Shown here: one piece after another, positions 38,901 to 48,830 of the stretch
Numbering within the stretch: the first letter of the stretch is position 1
How the letters are laid out: every line of letters starts with the position of its first letter
Source: an uncultured virus (IMG/VR IMGVR_UViG_3300042289_001232)
Taxonomy: Duplodnaviria; Heunggongvirae; Uroviricota; Caudoviricetes
Virus record (IMG/VR): IMGVR_UViG_3300042289_001232
DNA length: 64,000 bases
Reading direction: 5' to 3' (one strand)
Notes under the pieces: model-generated
What the model was told of the DNA's origin: nothing
Databases searched by the model: none
What the model saw: the letters and a program-made list of their open reading frames with translations, nothing else
Translations under genes and position numbers: made by a program

Positions 38901-40942
38901 TTTGCAGATCCATCTTTGGTTCCGGTTAGAGAAATTACATCAAAAACATCTACTCTACCAGCAAGATAAAGGACGTTATTTCCATAGATGTCACTTGTAA
39001 TTCCCGAATACTGCGTTGTAAAACCTCCAAGAGTCGGTCCAATATTTTCTGTAATAACAGTCTTTGATCTTCGAAGATTAGTTATCTCCTGAATATCAAT
39101 ACTAGTCACAACACTAATTGGCGTTGAAGCAGTTGTTCCAAAAAGAGTTAAGTCTATTTGTGAAGTTCCGATTCTCGCAGCAGTCCCACCTAATGGTCTA
39201 CCATGAATATCAAATGCGGTTATATCATTGTTTGGAAGTGTAATTATTTGTGTTGGGATTGAGAATGCTACATCGGTTGTCGTGGTTGTGTAATCGGATA
39301 CATTTATAGTTCCTCTGGAAGAACCGTTGGCAGTATTCACACTAAAATTTTGTCCAGGTACGGAACTAGGCACTACATTGAAAAATCCAGCAATAGCATA
39401 GTTAGCATCATCAACACTTTTACCTCTAGTGCCTGTTGGGAATTTGTAAAGTAGGTTCCCATCCTTAATATTAATGAGACCATTAGAACCTTCTACGACA
39501 AAAGCAGAAGTTGGACCGGTGGCTGACGCATGTATACGAGTTACCTCTGTAAATGCTGCTGTAGATCCCATCTCAACATTATAAAGATATAGGTTATAAA
39601 CCCCTGAACCTACATCATAAGGCTCTACCCACCGAACCCTTGCTGTACCTACTGCATTTTGCGCTTGTCCGCTCGTCCCCTTCCCCAAATAAACTAAATT
39701 CTGTTGCTTAAAATCAAATATATTTGCAAATCCAGAACCAGTTGCACCAGAGAACTTGACCCTAACATATGGGCCTACTGATCTATTAAAGTACTTATCA
39801 GTAACAGTTCTAACATGATCTGTATCACGGGCTGCATCTATAGGAATCCTCGTTAATCCTTGAGTTTCAAACTCATATCCAAAAATATATGCTTTTCCTG
39901 GCTCAAGATCTGCGAATAGATTTCCTGTTGGTCCGCCGTTTGATATGCCGGGTCCGTCTTGAATACTAAGTTCAAATGGTCTTACTGTGTAGTTACCTGA
40001 CTCATCATATGTACGACGAGCCATATTGTCTTCTAGTGATGCGTAGTCTGGATATTTCTCTATCTTGACAGGAACACCATTCACTATTCTCAAGAACTCT
40101 ATAAAGTCTTTTCTTGAAAAATTGTCCGTGCTACTTGTATCACTTGCAGTAAATCCGTTTTGAGTAATCAACAGATCTATCTTAAATCTGTCTGCACCTG
40201 GAGCATTGTAATTATAAGATCCAAAAGCAGGATCATTTAGAGTTAAATCGTCTTCTGATTGAACAAATGTCTTGTTAACTGAAAAACCTATTCTTGAAGT
40301 GGGATTATCATATATTCTAATTTGATTCCCCGCTGGACCTGATAATGAGTACGCTCCAACCGATTGAAAATCGTTTAAAACAAAGTATCCCTCTGTAAAT
40401 CTGACCCCACGATCAACTGAAACCACTAAAGCATTTCCTGTTGGGGGTATAGTGAATGACGTTCCCGTTACACTTGCAGAAATACGAACTCCACTATTTC
40501 CTGTTCCGGAAAGAAAATCTCCCTTTGCAAAAGAGGTTCCCCCTTCGATATACTCAAAGAATACTACAGGAAATGCATCAACTGATGATCCCGTATATCC
40601 TCCTTCAGCATGAACAATTTTTGCCTTTGCTCTTGGGGTATTTGATGACGATATCGTTGAACCTATGAAGTCTTGTATGTTATTTGTTCCGGATAAGCCA
40701 GATACCCGTGCAAATCTTAGGCTATTGACTGTAATCTTACCATCAAGAACCATACTCCCTTCTTCAAAGACATGACTCCCAAATCTTTCAATTTGATTCT
40801 GTAGTATAGTCTGAATTTGCGTTAGTTCTCTAGCCTGAACTCCAAAACCAGGCCGGAACATGATTCTGAGAAACTTTTTGTCCTCATTAAAGTCATCATA
40901 GTAGGGGTCGTTGTTAAAAAGTTCTGTAGTATATGATGGCAT
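35987..40942 (-). CDS. Large baseplate/tail structural protein, VrlC/DUF4815-like
   Basis: PYYDDFNEDK...FRPGFGVQARELTQIQTILQNQIERFG, ARRTYDESGNYTV, NKRYTMRDIG..EKR...VEYYTTLSLLE, PLSQTFFV, C-terminal PRIKNLRMVAT. Confidence 0.85.
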   Translation of the reverse strand: MPSYTTELFNNDPYYDDFNEDKKFLRIMFRPGFGVQARELTQIQTILQNQIERFGSHVFEEGSMVLDGKITVNSLRFARVSGLSGTNNIQDFIGSTISSSNTPRAKAKIVHAEGGYTGSSVDAFPVVFFEYIEGGTSFAKGDFLSGTGNSGVRISASVTGTSFTIPPTGNALVVSVDRGVRFTEGYFVLNDFQSVGAYSLSGPAGNQIRIYDNPTSRIGFSVNKTFVQSEDDLTLNDPAFGSYNYNAPGADRFKIDLLITQNGFTASDTSSTDNFSRKDFIEFLRIVNGVPVKIEKYPDYASLEDNMARRTYDESGNYTVRPFELSIQDGPGISNGGPTGNLFADLEPGKAYIFGYEFETQGLTRIPIDAARDTDHVRTVTDKYFNRSVGPYVRVKFSGATGSGFANIFDFKQQNLVYLGKGTSGQAQNAVGTARVRWVEPYDVGSGVYNLYLYNVEMGSTAAFTEVTRIHASATGPTSAFVVEGSNGLINIKDGNLLYKFPTGTRGKSVDDANYAIAGFFNVVPSSVPGQNFSVNTANGSSRGTINVSDYTTTTTDVAFSIPTQIITLPNNDITAFDIHGRPLGGTAARIGTSQIDLTLFGTTASTPISVVTSIDIQEITNLRRSKTVITENIGPTLGGFTTQYSGITSDIYGNNVLYLAGRVDVFDVISLTGTKDGSANQQIKQFFTFDDGQRDNIYDWSRMILRKGVSGITGPYSATIKRFERSSNRGPFTVDSYSSLNYSDIPSYVSKTTGELYDLRDTIDFRPDRGTTGVTAGVVGFPWFPVNTAANDQLFTYKHYLSRTDKIVLDRDRKFRVIKGTPTIDGQYPSDNPNAMTLYSVTVNPFTINNKDLSVRFIENKRYTMRDIGEIEKRMEAVEYYTTLSLLEQEAKAISIVDENDIEIPKKGILVDQFKGHNISDVVDPMYAASIDFENNELRPTFESRVFGVTGPIESSGVVVSPNGIITLDYTTSAEIVQPLATRSFVVNPSSVFNYLGTLELSPSNDFWFSTGLTPSVKVNVGGENDSWQEGIGFNSQWNFWESIWYGRETSNEVTTKQNLIDTKNSLVAGIRGFNLGNTFKSSVPEGIRRRTNTRVIRKDIVPYTRDNEIRLNAKGLKPNTKFYVFVDDIDITAYCTGDSQLTSPNGEVNNLRYIMDQDPRQNFLTGRRLFRITDSQSNSVTDATMGADAIFNVSGTIDTLSDDNLLSTRPAIVRRRSVKTNKIQSSLTELLSTDFFGYTEPLSQTFFVDPVKYPDGVFVKNIGVSFLSKHSDDNNTPITLMLKPTQNGYPHPSKVIPFGTKTLYPSDITTSSDGSNETQFSFSSPIYLLPGNEYAISLSTNSSQYAVFGSTIGEDIIRVEEFDPIRKATKQPSINSLFQPQNTGSITKKDTDCIKFSVYLCKFSPNSGYIKLQNKTENYGTATNFDLMRLQMNYINPSNTSISFSEKGLLSDLSSSFISTQPNKNIDRPLNISTRSKGVGKFSEIKVDMIGNAYVSPLFDAETSHYLIVGNKINNNYTLSQNNELLSTNYGATAPSESRYITKQVVLESGFEANNLHVQLSLCNPYDSRIQVFVRPLPVGEGVFGNIGYTQLTTTDSAYSQNENDFREVTYTSVGLGLSQFRAFSLKIVMYSNDQRVLPRIKNLRMVAT

Positions 40943-40954
40943 AGTTTTTTACCT

Positions 40955-43288
40955 TTAAAACTCCACTATGAGTTTCATCTCTTCTCTTTGCTCTAGATTT
41001 CTAGTGATAGGTTTGATATTCTGTATGTATAGAACTTCTCCAGACATGTATCTAAGATCACTTAAGTGATTTACACTATTTACAACTCCATTTACTATCA
41101 CATCGGTTCCGGATGCACCGATTCCTGCATAATCAAATGATTGACCAACCGCAACTTTTCCCTGCACTCCTACTAATTTAAGTTCACCTGTGCTTCCTGT
41201 AACATGAATCCAGTCAACAATATAACCATTTCCAGAAGTGTTTCCGATTGCAAAAGAGATGAATGTGTCTTTATTGAATGTTGTAGTGGTGAAATTTGCT
41301 CCACTTATGGTCAAATTTGTGGTTAAATCGTATGTGGAAGGTACTGATACCAATTCAGTTTCCGAAGAAAATATTTTAGCGGGACCAGTGATCCCATTTG
41401 AACCATCAAATAGCGGTTTTGTTTGTAGAACAATTTCATTGGTATTGAATAAACCACAAGAATTCTCAAGCCTCAATCTTCCAACCAAAAATGTTCCAGG
41501 CAAAATATCCCATCCATATATTTCACCGGTAGATCTCGATTGTGGAATATTTGCCTCCCGATTTCCGACTCCATGGGCATAGTTACCAATTTCATACTCA
41601 CCGCCGAAGAAGGATCCTGTTACTGGAACTAATGTAAAATTAAGTAGATGTCTACCTTCAGTTCCTGCTACAATACGGTTATCAACATTGAATATTGATA
41701 GACCTCCAACATCCATTGTACCACCGGCAGAAAATGTTCCCCCGACAATATTTGTGAGAACCAGTTCATTTGTAGCAGTTTGACCTAACCTGCCATTCCT
41801 CCAAGAAACGACAGTTCCTATAGGTCCATTAATTTGTCCTGCTGTTCCACCAACAATAAATGATCCTGAAGCACCAGCCTGAACAAATTTCAACCTCGCT
41901 TGATTATTTGTCAATATTGGATTTTTTAATATTCCAATTTGTCTAAAATCATTATTGACACTAATCAAACCTCCTTCACTACGATCAAAATCTTTAACTA
42001 TCATGTAGGTGGAAGCACCAAGTTCACGAACAGAGTTGGCACCATGTCCACCTACAGGTGGGATAACAGCATTAATTACATTCTTTAAATTTGAGTACTC
42101 AAGTGGAGTATTTGTTGGGAATAGTGTAGTTAGTCCCTTTGTGATGTTCAGTTCAGCAAATGTATAATTCTGTCCACCATCAACAACCTCAATACTTTGG
42201 ATATATCTTGGTGACAATATGTTACAACTTCCAGTAACATCAGCAGTACCTCCAAAATTAATTCTGAAATCTGCCGTTTTTATCGTTGGATTATTTATAT
42301 TGTTATACGAAGAACCATCACCATTTACAGTTATCTTCGGCTGAATGCTGAATGTGGTCTGTTTTGTTGGATCTGATGATCCAGAAACGCCTATGACTAG
42401 AGGATCTATCGTTATTTTTGCAGTTGATCCGAGCCATTCATATGAATTAATTATTCTCCTTTGACCTTGTCCAGCACCGCTGTCAAAAGAAATTACCATA
42501 TCCGTATAAAATGAAGAATTCGGTGTCAACTCGGGAGATGAAACTATCACGCTAGTTGCACCAGGACCATTACTCGTCAAAATTACATTCGAACTTGATG
42601 GTAATACACATGATGGGGTAGTCACCCAATATGCTCTTGCCGCCTCCTGAATGTAAGCAAATTCCATTTTGCCATTCACAGAAGATTGCTGAACATTCCA
42701 TTGTAAAATTCTGTCATCATTTGGCTTCAAAAACTGAACATATTCAACAGGCATGTAACCTATAGAACCAACACGACTTTTGGTTAAGAACTTCCTCTTG
42801 CTTTCAGGTATATTGTATAAAAATTTCCATCGATATCCATCTGCTAATTTTCGCACGACTGAATCTGTATGGGTTGGTGGTGTAAGCGAAGCAGAACCAA
42901 GATTATTATCAATACAGACATACACTCTTTCCTCATCCACTAATGCATAAAAATTTGCCGGACTAACATCATCAAATAAATCTATAGTGTTTCTGTATGC
43001 GGTGTAAACTTCTCCCACGGTCCAATCTATTCTAGGTACAACTAATGAAACATCATCCCTATTAATTCGTTTTGCAGCAATAAGCCCTCGCCAAAAATCG
43101 ATGTCATTCGTAACTGTATCGAGTGCAGAGACCGGAGTATCTCCAGTTCCTCTAACACCACCCCAAGAGGTTATTTTTCCAATGCATAAGTAGAAATTCT
43201 GGTTAGAGATATCACTGAATTGATCCAGAACAGTATCTGCTATGAATCTTCTATGACTTTGACGAAATGGGTCGCAACTTGATGACAT
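40955..43288 (-). CDS. gp8: Baseplate wedge subunit
   Basis: VVPRIDWTVG, VYVCIDN, DGYRWKFLY, PVGGHG..SVRELG, NDFRQIGILKNP, SGEVLYIQNIKPITR..EQREEMKLIVEF. Confidence 0.9.
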   Translation of the reverse strand: MSSSCDPFRQSHRRFIADTVLDQFSDISNQNFYLCIGKITSWGGVRGTGDTPVSALDTVTNDIDFWRGLIAAKRINRDDVSLVVPRIDWTVGEVYTAYRNTIDLFDDVSPANFYALVDEERVYVCIDNNLGSASLTPPTHTDSVVRKLADGYRWKFLYNIPESKRKFLTKSRVGSIGYMPVEYVQFLKPNDDRILQWNVQQSSVNGKMEFAYIQEAARAYWVTTPSCVLPSSSNVILTSNGPGATSVIVSSPELTPNSSFYTDMVISFDSGAGQGQRRIINSYEWLGSTAKITIDPLVIGVSGSSDPTKQTTFSIQPKITVNGDGSSYNNINNPTIKTADFRINFGGTADVTGSCNILSPRYIQSIEVVDGGQNYTFAELNITKGLTTLFPTNTPLEYSNLKNVINAVIPPVGGHGANSVRELGASTYMIVKDFDRSEGGLISVNNDFRQIGILKNPILTNNQARLKFVQAGASGSFIVGGTAGQINGPIGTVVSWRNGRLGQTATNELVLTNIVGGTFSAGGTMDVGGLSIFNVDNRIVAGTEGRHLLNFTLVPVTGSFFGGEYEIGNYAHGVGNREANIPQSRSTGEIYGWDILPGTFLVGRLRLENSCGLFNTNEIVLQTKPLFDGSNGITGPAKIFSSETELVSVPSTYDLTTNLTISGANFTTTTFNKDTFISFAIGNTSGNGYIVDWIHVTGSTGELKLVGVQGKVAVGQSFDYAGIGASGTDVIVNGVVNSVNHLSDLRYMSGEVLYIQNIKPITRNLEQREEMKLIVEF

Positions 43289-43296
43289 ATCTCTCC

Positions 43297-43303
43297 TATT
43301 TAG
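43297..43303 (-). promoter_or_regulatory. Late promoter motif (CTAAATA) for gp8
   Basis: TATTTAG on + strand, immediately followed on the minus strand by GGAG and ATG 43288. Confidence 0.6.
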
Positions 43304-43320
43304 ACTGGTTTATACTGCTA

Positions 43321-45513
43321 TTAAGATCCGGGTGGGGCTGAGTAAGCACAAACTATACGATCTCCTATGCCCTGAATTACTTTTCCGCTACCATTAACAA
43401 TATCTACACTTATATTAAAATTGCCATTTCCCACATTTGAAAATTGAGTTGTTGTTGAATTTAGGTTGACTAACTGAACAACACCACCATCAGGATTGTT
43501 AGCGGCCAATACACCTGACAATCTAACTCTAATTTTAGACAACCCATCAACACCAAACCTAATAAGGTTTTCATAATTTGCTATCGTCCAGTTAACTGTC
43601 AATTTTTTGCCGCCCGAAATAGTTCCAACGACTGAAGATGAATTTAGAGGAGAAGTTATGTTTATAACTGGCGTAGCGTATGCAGTTGCTGATTCTGTTC
43701 TACAATCGAATTCATCCCCAATTGGAACATTGAAAAAAGATCTCGCTGTTATTTTGAAGAACTGTGTATTTCCTGAATACCTAAGAAATGCAAGTTTAGA
43801 ATCTACTGGATTAGTCTCATCATAAAAATCCGCAGTCCAACCCTGCGGAGGGCTACCTCCAGTTGAGGATATCCATTCATTCCAGTATTGAAATTGAAGC
43901 CAATTTCGATAACCAACAGGTGAACTTATATGTGGAGCACTTACTGTGAGTTGAGACTTTTCTATTCTGGCTAAAACTGCATCCCTTATTCTTCTATTTG
44001 GATGTTCATATATTATCCAAAACGGATCTGCACCAGAAAATCCTGTAAGACCGACCGGAGGATTGGCTTCGGTCGCTGAAACAAATAACTGTGTGTTCGA
44101 TATTGGGTTTCCGGCTGTTGAATATGCTAAATTATAATATATGCTATTTACATCTGTTACATTACTATAATCTAGTGTTGTTCTAATTTTAGCGTCATGT
44201 ATTGATCTTGAATACCCCGCCTTAACATTAGTACCAATTTCATCGCCAGCGGTTCCAGGAACTTGAAACCAATCATACAAATTATCATGTGTATTAAAGG
44301 TGTAAGGTAAGTAGTGTCCGATCAAGGGGACTTCATATCTAATCAAAGTTGTTGCGTTTTTGAGGTCACCACGGGAACATCTTTTAATTAGGACTTGCCC
44401 AAACATTGCGGTTCCTGCCGGATGAATTAAGCGACGAATAGTTTCTTTATATTGATCAAGGACTATTTCTGCTTTAAGAACATACGAGTACTCTTGATAG
44501 TAATGGTTGTCCTGTAGAACCTTATTTGTACTTATTCTACCGTCAAAATTTAGATAATATCCATCCGCACTACACACAGTTGAAATATTTGCTGTCCCCG
44601 AAAATCCTGATCCCCCTAAAGAAAAAACCTTTACCGACGGGGTACTTTCGTAGTTTATTCCAAAGTTATCTATTTTAATTTTACGAATACTGCCTGAACT
44701 TGTAACCGATGAAACTGATCCTTTTGCACCTTGACCGCTATCACCTGGAGCAGATGTAATTAAAACTTCGTCACCAACTGAATAACCTGATCCCCCATTA
44801 TTAACTGTAATCGATCCGAGAACATTGTAGACTTTTTGCTCTCTGTAAATGTTTTCACCCGATCTAAATTCTAGTCCTATAATTCCAGATAGAAATGTTC
44901 CATTCTTACCAGATATCGTTAGTTCTGCAATTTCATACTGTCCCTGTTGATAGACACTCACATCTAAAACCTTGGCCGATGCAATTATTTTTCCATTCGA
45001 ATCTCTCTGATAAACAAGATTTCCAATTGAGTTAAATATATCATTACCGATTGTATTTGATATCAGTAAAGAGGTTTTTTGAAACCATTTACCATCAGAT
45101 GTACGAAGAATGTCCCTTTTAGGATAGTAAAATTCTACTCCGACATCAAATAAAATTCTGAACAAGAACTCGTATGATTTCTCTGTTCCTTTTGCACGAT
45201 AAAAAGACTTAATGTTCTTTATTAATTTTTTAACATCAAGAGGTGTTCCTGTTGATGTTGTAGCCAATTGCTCAGGGAAATCGTGCAAATACTCCTTCTT
45301 AAAATGTGTTATAAAATCGCCAATACTTTGATCAATATCAGTGACATCTTGGAGTACCATTGGGCTGACTATCTGCCCTCCTCTCTCTGTCCTTTGCAAC
45401 CACTCATAGTAAGCAGACAAAAAGGCAACTAATGTCGGATGATCTACCCTAACAAATTCAGGCAATCTACCCGATACTAGACTCGAAAGTTGATTTGGTT
45501 TGCTGTAATCCAT
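43321..45513 (-). CDS. gp7: Baseplate wedge initiator-like protein
   Basis: LPEFVRVDHP..VAFLSAYYEW, IKSFYRAKGTEKSYEFLFRILF, LQDNHYYQEYSYVLK, HPAG..MFG. Lies between gp6 and gp8. Confidence 0.8.
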   Translation of the reverse strand: MDYSKPNQLSSLVSGRLPEFVRVDHPTLVAFLSAYYEWLQRTERGGQIVSPMVLQDVTDIDQSIGDFITHFKKEYLHDFPEQLATTSTGTPLDVKKLIKNIKSFYRAKGTEKSYEFLFRILFDVGVEFYYPKRDILRTSDGKWFQKTSLLISNTIGNDIFNSIGNLVYQRDSNGKIIASAKVLDVSVYQQGQYEIAELTISGKNGTFLSGIIGLEFRSGENIYREQKVYNVLGSITVNNGGSGYSVGDEVLITSAPGDSGQGAKGSVSSVTSSGSIRKIKIDNFGINYESTPSVKVFSLGGSGFSGTANISTVCSADGYYLNFDGRISTNKVLQDNHYYQEYSYVLKAEIVLDQYKETIRRLIHPAGTAMFGQVLIKRCSRGDLKNATTLIRYEVPLIGHYLPYTFNTHDNLYDWFQVPGTAGDEIGTNVKAGYSRSIHDAKIRTTLDYSNVTDVNSIYYNLAYSTAGNPISNTQLFVSATEANPPVGLTGFSGADPFWIIYEHPNRRIRDAVLARIEKSQLTVSAPHISSPVGYRNWLQFQYWNEWISSTGGSPPQGWTADFYDETNPVDSKLAFLRYSGNTQFFKITARSFFNVPIGDEFDCRTESATAYATPVINITSPLNSSSVVGTISGGKKLTVNWTIANYENLIRFGVDGLSKIRVRLSGVLAANNPDGGVVQLVNLNSTTTQFSNVGNGNFNISVDIVNGSGKVIQGIGDRIVCAYSAPPGS

Positions 45514-45522
45514 TTACATTAC

Positions 45523-47436
45523 TTATGAAGTTCTATATGGGAAGTTTGCATCACTTGCATTTTTATCAATTACAGTAGATTCAGGAACAACTGTTATATC
45601 AATTTCATTATCATTGATTAATAGGACTTGATTTCTTCTAACAAATATATCGTTTCTTTCCGGAATCAAAGAAATCTTAATTTCAACATTACCATCCGGT
45701 ATTCCTAAAGGAGCAAAAGATTTCAATTCAACCAGTCCAGTTGAATAATTTATTGTTCCAGCATTTCTCTTTATGTAGATCCTTTCTTGACCCACAAGTT
45801 TATAGATTCTTACATTCCCATACCCATCATCATCGAGATACGCTGCAACAGATCCGTTCGTATCTGTAAAGAAGAATGGTGACGAACTAAGTACAGGAGT
45901 ATAGCCATCAATTGGATGGTTTATAGCGTTGTCAAATTTGATTGTATATGGAAGAGATTTTCCAAATTGTGGCTCTAATCTTTTCTCAATGACAATAGAT
46001 GTTCTATTGCTATTGATAGATGGATCAAGGCCATCTATGTAAGAACTGAACTTCGATTGTCTGAAATTTTTACCAAACTGATCTAGATTCTCGTTGCCGT
46101 ATTGAAGAATCTTATTTCTAATTCCCTGAGATAAAACATCTGGTGATGCAGTTGTTTTTCTTTGGTCATAGTAAACAACTACTTTCGTATTGATATAAGT
46201 TAGATCGGGATCTACGACTTCAGGAGTAACTGTCAACATACTGATGGGGGATAGGATATTTCTTGATATTGACTGTTTTTCTTGTATAGAAAGTTTCGAT
46301 GCATTTTTAGGCTTAACTGAAATAAATACCTTTCCATATTGAGGAGGGTCGTTTTCCTCTCCCCCCCAAACAAGAAATGATTCTGATCTTATGGAATAGT
46401 TTTTTGCCAAAGCAGTTAGATAGTCATTTGCAGTTACCGCTCTATCTTGTGCTTGAAAATTCTTAGGAGCATAATACTTTATAGAATCAATACTTTCAGA
46501 ATCTGACCCACCAAATGAAGATTGAACTACATTATTGATACGATTCACAGATACAATATATGTGGATGTTGATGTGTTTTCGGTGGTAAAAGCGGGAGAC
46601 TGCGGAGTATCTGTACTTCCTATTCCATTACCAGATACACCATTCGTCCTTAAATATACCACACTAATTAGATTACCATTTTCGACTGACTTGCCCAAGA
46701 TGCCATCACCAAAGTAAATCTCCCACTTGTTTCCCTCTGATTCTTGAACAAAAAAAACTGTTGTGTCCCCATTTAAACGATTGGTATCATTAACTCTCGT
46801 CCAAACCTCATCCAAACCCTGTGAATCGGTTACGGACCTTTGCACTCTGACAACCAATGAATCTATATCAATATTTTCATCCTCTATTATAAACTTTTGG
46901 TTTGCGTCTTTTCTATTAACTATGAATGAAGTTGTTTGTAAACTACCTTCATATAAAAAAACATCTGAAACAAAAAACCTGTTGTTGATGACTCTGAATG
47001 TATAATTCTCAAGTGTGACAAAGTTGATAGATCTTCCGTTTGCATCTCGGGCGGTAAATGTCTTACCAATAGGAAGAATTTCTTTGTTTGCTGCCACAGT
47101 TATAACAGCCGGTGCATCTCTTGCGCCTTCAATCGGTATTAATTCAACGGAGACATTTACTCTTGATGCTTTCTTTGATCTTGGTGTATAGTTGAGTTGT
47201 TTTGCAAGCGATACAACAGAGTTTCGTATCAATGCTGAATCTAGAAATGCCTCATTAGCAACCATGTTTGCATAAAAGGCTTGGTAATGTGTATTATATG
47301 CAAGCAGATCGAGAAGGATATTCATAGTCGATCCCTCAAAATCATAGTCTTGAAATTGTTCTTGTCCTCTAAGGTAATCTTTGAGACTGTTTTTGATCTG
47401 ATCAAAATCTAGATCACGAATGGGTGTATCTGCCAT
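45523..47436 (-). CDS. gp6: Baseplate wedge subunit
   Basis: LDFDQIKNSLKDYL, DYDFEGS, LLAYNTHY, NEAFLDSA, QDRAVTANDY, WGGEENDPPQYGKVFIS. Confidence 0.97.
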   Translation of the reverse strand: MADTPIRDLDFDQIKNSLKDYLRGQEQFQDYDFEGSTMNILLDLLAYNTHYQAFYANMVANEAFLDSALIRNSVVSLAKQLNYTPRSKKASRVNVSVELIPIEGARDAPAVITVAANKEILPIGKTFTARDANGRSINFVTLENYTFRVINNRFFVSDVFLYEGSLQTTSFIVNRKDANQKFIIEDENIDIDSLVVRVQRSVTDSQGLDEVWTRVNDTNRLNGDTTVFFVQESEGNKWEIYFGDGILGKSVENGNLISVVYLRTNGVSGNGIGSTDTPQSPAFTTENTSTSTYIVSVNRINNVVQSSFGGSDSESIDSIKYYAPKNFQAQDRAVTANDYLTALAKNYSIRSESFLVWGGEENDPPQYGKVFISVKPKNASKLSIQEKQSISRNILSPISMLTVTPEVVDPDLTYINTKVVVYYDQRKTTASPDVLSQGIRNKILQYGNENLDQFGKNFRQSKFSSYIDGLDPSINSNRTSIVIEKRLEPQFGKSLPYTIKFDNAINHPIDGYTPVLSSSPFFFTDTNGSVAAYLDDDGYGNVRIYKLVGQERIYIKRNAGTINYSTGLVELKSFAPLGIPDGNVEIKISLIPERNDIFVRRNQVLLINDNEIDITVVPESTVIDKNASDANFPYRTS

Positions 47437-47834
47437 TATCTTGTCCTCTGTAGTGTCAATGATGTTGTGAATACTTTACGGACATTCTTTATCGTGTACA
47501 AAACCTTGACATTGACCGTATTTCTATCAATATTGTACTCAAGTTCAACTTTTGTCTGTGCAACTCTAGGCTCATACACCTTGATCACTTTCATAATTCT
47601 TCTCTTGATCTCTTCCATCACAATTGGATTGGCATTTTCAAATAATAAATCAAATATGCCTGTGTTTATTTCTGGATGAAATGGCTTTTCATTTCCCTTA
47701 AGTAAAACTAGACTCTTGATTGCTCTTCGAATAGCATCATCACCAGTTTTGACATTAACATCGTTTGTGAATATGTTTCTCTCAAAATTAATGTCGAGAT
47801 CGGATGAGTTATTTGTTGGTTGGGGAGTTGTCAT
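47436..47834 (-). CDS. gp25: Baseplate wedge subunit
   Basis: SDLDINF, AIRRAIKSLV, EKPFHPEI, LLFE, YEPRV, TLQRTR. Confidence 0.93.
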   Translation of the reverse strand: MTTPQPTNNSSDLDINFERNIFTNDVNVKTGDDAIRRAIKSLVLLKGNEKPFHPEINTGIFDLLFENANPIVMEEIKRRIMKVIKVYEPRVAQTKVELEYNIDRNTVNVKVLYTIKNVRKVFTTSLTLQRTR

Positions 47835-47864
47835 TTTTACTTTAATTCCGAGAGTTGATTGGAA

Positions 47865-48155
47865 TCATCCTCCACAGTAAACATTATTTGATCCTGTTCC
47901 GCAAGCAGATCCACATGCGACGGGATCACCTATTCTTGCCGCTGGCTTGCTATTTACAAATACGCTAGATGATCCGGCGGCTGTTTTTGAGTTCTTATGA
48001 CACGGTTTACCACAACAATGTGTCGCCCATTTATCGGTTTTTCTATGCCACCCACGACTATTTACAACTACATTTGAGGATGCTGATAGATTCTTCCTTG
48101 GAGGGAAGCATGCATGTCCTGTACATATGTCGCCTAATCTCGTTACTGCTGGCAT
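47865..48155 (-). CDS. PAAR spike-tip protein (gp5.4-like)
   Basis: TRLGD.CTGH, GSSSVFVNSKPAARIGDPVACG. Confidence 0.93.
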   Translation of the reverse strand: MPAVTRLGDICTGHACFPPRKNLSASSNVVVNSRGWHRKTDKWATHCCGKPCHKNSKTAAGSSSVFVNSKPAARIGDPVACGSACGTGSNNVYCGG

Positions 48156-48161
48156 TTTTCC

Positions 48162-48830
48162 TCACTCACAACCTGGTCCTGGATAAAATCCTTTATCTTT
48201 CATGCCATTTATGTATTCACGATTCGTAACAGGATATCCATTCAGATAAAACTGATTCTCGATATTTAGGATGAATTTATCCCTCCTAGAACTCCAATTT
48301 GTTTGTACATAAAGTGTGAAATTTTTGTCTGAATATGCGGCTGTATTTCCAGAGTCAAAAGCACGGATTGTATAATAAATTTCCCCGCCAGGTTTTGCTC
48401 CCTGAAGATAGTTTGTCTCGTTGAACTTAAAATCTATTCCACCAAACCTCTCTGGTGCAATATCCATAAGATTATCAACTATGCCACATATATTTCCTGT
48501 GTCTATATTCAAATATAAACTCGGAGGGAACTCACCCGCAACTACTGCATATTTAATTGGTCCAATCGGGTCATAACTACAGAAAAAAGTATCTTGATCT
48601 TGGTCTGGATCTTGGTCTGGTTGATTTGCGGAAGTTCTGACTCTATAGTTCGCACGAACGGCCAAAGATCCACACTCACATAATCTCTGCATTTCATATA
48701 TCTCATTGAATCTATTAATTTCAATATCGTCAGGCATCCAAACAAAAGAACAGGCAGACGCACCCCCAAATAAAATACCAAATCCATTAGGATAATAAGT
48801 TTCTATGGGCAACGATCCCGTCATTGGCAT
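48162..48830 (-). CDS. Hypothetical protein with putative Ig-like domain
   Basis: YAVVAGEFPPSLYLNIDTGNICG...YTIRAFD...KNFTLYV resembles putative Ig (He_PIG-like) repeats. Contains a short QPDQDPDQDQD repeat. Confidence 0.55.
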   Translation of the reverse strand: MPMTGSLPIETYYPNGFGILFGGASACSFVWMPDDIEINRFNEIYEMQRLCECGSLAVRANYRVRTSANQPDQDPDQDQDTFFCSYDPIGPIKYAVVAGEFPPSLYLNIDTGNICGIVDNLMDIAPERFGGIDFKFNETNYLQGAKPGGEIYYTIRAFDSGNTAAYSDKNFTLYVQTNWSSRRDKFILNIENQFYLNGYPVTNREYINGMKDKGFYPGPGCE

